A DNA stretch of 64,000 nucleotides, from positions 128,001 through 192,000 of the forward strand of contig CAVRZA010000008.1 of the NCBI GenBank assembly GCA_963725665.1, written 5' to 3'. The position numbers and the translations under genes are program-made. The notes below the pieces were generated by a model that worked only from the letters and a program-made list of their open reading frames with translations, made no database searches and was not told the origin of the DNA. This DNA is from an uncultured Actinomycetes bacterium. GTDB taxonomy: Bacteria; Actinomycetota; Thermoleophilia; UBA2241. Positions 60,604 through 64,000 of this stretch are shown in pieces; the stretch's first letter is position 1, and every line of letters starts with the position of its first letter.

Positions 60604-62706
60604 ATGACAAGAGTAGAAGCTGAGATCGGCGGCAAGGCGATCTCCCTCGAGACGGGCAAGCTGGCGAAGCAGGCCAACGGCGCCGTTCTCGTCCGCTGCG
60701 GCGACACGATGGTGCTCGTCACCGCGGTCGGACGCGAGGAGGGCCGCGAGGGGCAGGACTTCTTCCCCCTCACGGTCGACATCGAGGAACGGATGTACGC
60801 CGCCGGCAAGATCCCCGGCGGTTTCATCAAGCGCGAATCGCGACCCAGCGAGAAGGCGATCCTCACGGCGCGGCTCATCGACCGCCCCATCAGGCCCTCG
60901 TTCCCCAAAGGTTTCATGAACGAGGTGCAGATCATCGGCACAGTGCTGTCGGTCGACCAGGAGAACGCCTACGACGTGCTCGCCATGCTGGGCGCGTCGG
61001 CGGCTCTGCACGTCTCCGAGATCCCCTTCTTGGGGCCCATCGGCTCGGTGCGCATCGGCATCATCGACGGCGAGTACGTCGTCAACCCCACGCTCGAGCA
61101 GCTCCAGACGGCCACGCTCGACATCGTCGTCTCCGGCTCGCGCGACGCGTTGAAGATGGTCGAGGCGGGCGCCCGCGAGGTCACCGAAGAGCAGGTCCTC
61201 GAGGCCCTGCGCTTGGCCCAGGCGGAGCTCGTCAAGCTCATCGACCTCCAGGACCGGCTGCGTAGCGAAGCGGGCAAGGAGAAGTGGCCCGTCCCCGAGT
61301 GGAGCATCGATCAGGGGATCTACAACCAGATCAAGGAGCGCTTCGGCGCCGAGCTCGACCGGGCGACGCAGGTCGAGGACAAGCGCGGGCGCTCGGAGGC
61401 GACCGTCGAGGTGCGCCAGCAGGCGCTCGAGGCCTTCGCCCCCGGCGATGGGGAGGAGCCCGACCCCGAGCGCATGCTCCAGGCGCGACGCGCCTTCGCG
61501 CAGCTCGAGAAGGACATCATCCGGCGGCGCATCGCCGTCGAGAAGCGGCGTCCCGACGGGCGCGGCCTCGACGAGATCAGGCTGGTGAGCGCCGAAGTGG
61601 GCGTCTCCCCGCGCACTCACGGCAGCGCCCTCTTCACGCGCGGCCAGACGCAGGCGATGACCCTGATCACGCTGGGGGCCACCGGTGAGCACCAGCGCAT
61701 CGACGGTCTCGGCCTCGAGGACTCGAAGCGCTACCTGCACCACTACAACTTCCCGCCCTTCTCGGTGGGTGAGACGGGGTTCATGCGGGGACCGAAGCGG
61801 CGCGACATCGGGCACGGCGCCCTCGCTGAGCGCGCCCTGCTGCCGATGGTGCCCGACGAGAAGGACTTCCCCTACACGCTGCGGCTCGTGAGCGAGATCC
61901 TCGAGAGCAACGGCTCGTCGTCGATGGCCAGTGTCTGCGGGTCGACGCTGGCCCTCATGGACGCCGGAGTGCAGATCAAGGCTCCGGTGGCCGGCATCGC
62001 CATGGGGCTGGTCAAGGAGGGCGACGACTACGTCGTCCTGACCGACATCGCCGGCGTCGAGGACCACCTCGGCGACATGGACTTCAAGGTGGCGGGCTCG
62101 AGCGAGGGCATCACCGCCTTGCAGATGGACATCAAGATCAGCGGCGTGTCGGTGGCGATGCTCCAGGAGGCTCTCGAGCAGGCGCGCAAGGCGCGTCTCT
62201 TCATCCTCGGCAAGATGCTCGAGGTGATCCCCGAACCGAGAGCTGAGCTCTCACCGTACGCGCCGCGCATCATCACGATGCAGATCAATCCCGACCAGAT
62301 CGGCATGGTCATCGGCAAGGGCGGCGAGACCATCAAGGGCATGGTCGAGGAGTTCGGCGTCACGATCGACATCGAGGACGACGGTACGGTCTTCATCTGC
62401 GCGCCCGACATGGCCACGGCCGAGGCGGTCACCGAGCGCATCACCAGCATGACCAAGGACGTCGAGATCGGCGACATCATCACCGGCAAGGTCGTCAAGA
62501 CGACCGCCTTCGGCGCCTTTGTCGAGCTCAAGAAGGGCGTCGATGGCCTCATCCACATCTCGAAGCTGGGCAAGGACGGAGAGCGCGTGGCACGCGTCGA
62601 GGACGTCGTGAACCGCGGTGACGTCGTCACCGTCGAGGTGGTCGAGGTTGACCAACAGCGGGGCCGCATCGGTCTCAAGCCGATCGACCTGAACGTGAAC
62701 CGCTAG
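60604..62706 (+). CDS. pnp: Polyribonucleotide nucleotidyltransferase
   Basis: ETGKLAKQA.G, DFFPLTV, HGSALFTRGQTQ, HHYNFPPFSVGE, ESNGSSSMAS, GDMDFKVAG, KH and S1 domains. Confidence 0.98.
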   Translation: MTRVEAEIGGKAISLETGKLAKQANGAVLVRCGDTMVLVTAVGREEGREGQDFFPLTVDIEERMYAAGKIPGGFIKRESRPSEKAILTARLIDRPIRPSFPKGFMNEVQIIGTVLSVDQENAYDVLAMLGASAALHVSEIPFLGPIGSVRIGIIDGEYVVNPTLEQLQTATLDIVVSGSRDALKMVEAGAREVTEEQVLEALRLAQAELVKLIDLQDRLRSEAGKEKWPVPEWSIDQGIYNQIKERFGAELDRATQVEDKRGRSEATVEVRQQALEAFAPGDGEEPDPERMLQARRAFAQLEKDIIRRRIAVEKRRPDGRGLDEIRLVSAEVGVSPRTHGSALFTRGQTQAMTLITLGATGEHQRIDGLGLEDSKRYLHHYNFPPFSVGETGFMRGPKRRDIGHGALAERALLPMVPDEKDFPYTLRLVSEILESNGSSSMASVCGSTLALMDAGVQIKAPVAGIAMGLVKEGDDYVVLTDIAGVEDHLGDMDFKVAGSSEGITALQMDIKISGVSVAMLQEALEQARKARLFILGKMLEVIPEPRAELSPYAPRIITMQINPDQIGMVIGKGGETIKGMVEEFGVTIDIEDDGTVFICAPDMATAEAVTERITSMTKDVEIGDIITGKVVKTTAFGAFVELKKGVDGLIHISKLGKDGERVARVEDVVNRGDVVTVEVVEVDQQRGRIGLKPIDLNVNR

Positions 62707-62730
62707 GGAGAGAGCGCGGAGGCCTCAGCT

Positions 62731-64000
62731 ATCGAAGGCTTCGAGCTCTCGACGCTCGAGGGCGGGCTCCGGGTCGCCAGCCAACGGCTGCCCGGGGTCC
62801 GCTCGATCGCGCTCGGCGTCTGGATCGGCGCCGGCTCGCGCCTCGAGACGGCCGCGCAGGCCGGTATCTCGCACTTCATCGAGCACCTGATCTTCAAGGG
62901 CAGCGAGCGCTACTCGGCCTGGGACATCGCGCGCATCTTCGACGAGATGGGCGGCGAGATCAACGCCGCCACGTCGAAGGAGTACACGATCGTCCACGCC
63001 CGCTTTCTCGACGAGCAGCTCGAGACGGCCCTGACGGTCATCGCCGACATGGTGCGTAACCCGCTGTTCGCCGACCTCGAGGCCGAGCGCGAGGTCGTGC
63101 TCGAAGAGGTCGCCATGTACGAGGACTCGCCGCAGGAGCTCGTGCACGACGTGCTGGCCGAGGCGGTCTTCGACAGCCACCCGCTGGGGCGAGCGGTCAT
63201 TGGCCGGGCCGAGTCGCTGCGCGCGACCGACAAAGCCGCCGTGCAGGCCTACCACGGCGCGTACTACGTGAGCCCGGCGATCGTGCTGGCCGCCGCCGGC
63301 AACGTCGATCACGGACGGCTCTGTGAGCTGACGCAGAAGCACCTGGCGGGCGGCGCGGCGGGTCCCTCCGTCGCGCCGCCCGCCATCGCGCCCGCCCAGC
63401 CCGCGCCGCGGCATGTGGCCACCTTCACGCTCAAGGAGACGGAGCAGTACCACGTCTGCTTGGGCGGCCTCGGGCTGGCCCGCAACGACCCGCGGCGCTT
63501 CGCCCTCTCGGTCGTCGACACGGCCATCGGCGGCTCGTCGAGCTCGCGCCTCTTCCAGGAGGTGCGCGAGAAGCGCGGCCTCGCCTACTCCGTGTACTCG
63601 TACACCTCGCTCTACGCCGAGACCGGCCTCGTGGCCGTCTACGTGGGCTCACGCCAGGAAGCGCTGGCCGAGGCTATGGGCATCATCCGTGAGGAGCTCA
63701 CCCAAGCCGACCGGCTCCCCGGGGCCGAGATCGCGCGAGCGAAAGCCCACCTCAAGGGCCAGATGGTCCTCAGCATGGAGAGCCCGTCGGCGCGCATGCA
63801 CCAGCTCGGCCGCTCTGTGCTGAGCGGCATCGAGATCCTCTCGCTCGACGAGCTCCTCGCCAAGGTAGAAGCCGTCACCTACGAGGAGGCCATCGAGACG
63901 GCGCGGGCCTACTACGGCCTCGAGCGCTGGTCGACCGTCTGCATCGGCCCCGACGCGGCGCCGTTCCGCGCCGCCGTCCCCGACTTCACCTGGGAGGGCG
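62731..64000 (+). CDS. M16 (pitrilysin) family peptidase, runs off the window, probable ATC start
   Basis: GLRV, GSR.E..GISHFIEHL.FKG (HxxEH), INA.TSKE.T, HPLGR..IG, SSRLFQEVREKRGLAYSV; absent from the ORF track because no stop lies in the window. Confidence 0.92.
   Translation, partial: MEGFELSTLEGGLRVASQRLPGVRSIALGVWIGAGSRLETAAQAGISHFIEHLIFKGSERYSAWDIARIFDEMGGEINAATSKEYTIVHARFLDEQLETALTVIADMVRNPLFADLEAEREVVLEEVAMYEDSPQELVHDVLAEAVFDSHPLGRAVIGRAESLRATDKAAVQAYHGAYYVSPAIVLAAAGNVDHGRLCELTQKHLAGGAAGPSVAPPAIAPAQPAPRHVATFTLKETEQYHVCLGGLGLARNDPRRFALSVVDTAIGGSSSSRLFQEVREKRGLAYSVYSYTSLYAETGLVAVYVGSRQEALAEAMGIIREELTQADRLPGAEIARAKAHLKGQMVLSMESPSARMHQLGRSVLSGIEILSLDELLAKVEAVTYEEAIETARAYYGLERWSTVCIGPDAAPFRAAVPDFTWEG

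Overview
High-GC bacterial chromosome window, most likely Actinomycetota (Thermoleophilia-like; inferred from mIHF-gmk-rpoZ-coaBC and divIVA/sepF together with Firmicute-like asp23-fakA-degV-recG and pyrK-pyrD blocks). The backbone is housekeeping: rsmB-rpe, an FMN-riboswitch rib operon, rpmB, fakAB-recG, a tRNA nucleotidyltransferase, yggS-sepF-proC-yggT-divIVA-lspA-rluD, a PyrR-attenuated pyr operon, mIHF-gmk-rpoZ-coaBC, lemA-htpX and rimP-nusA-infB-rbfA-nrnA-truB-ribF-rpsO-pnp-M16 peptidase. A ~13.4 kb accessory block (12.36-25.76 kb) holds a decayed AOR/MoaD/GntR unit, a nitrilase-family gene and what looks like a self-contained envelope regulon: htrA, a PhoP-like two-component system, a TetR-like gene, a MacAB-like ABC system with two unusual adaptors, and a DUF4405-like membrane protein with an internal twin-arginine motif and a ferredoxin domain. 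All five promoters of that regulon have the same geometry: four half-sites at an 11-bp period, 10 nt, then a -10 hexamer. Other highlights are four conserved genes that appear to need non-canonical start codons (ATC, CTG), a 6 x 25-bp palindromic tandem array and several small Zn-ribbon ORFs. Five single-base frameshifts are visible; those in core genes are probably assembly errors. No tRNA, rRNA, CRISPR array or transposase was recognised. All family calls come from motif recognition, not database searches.
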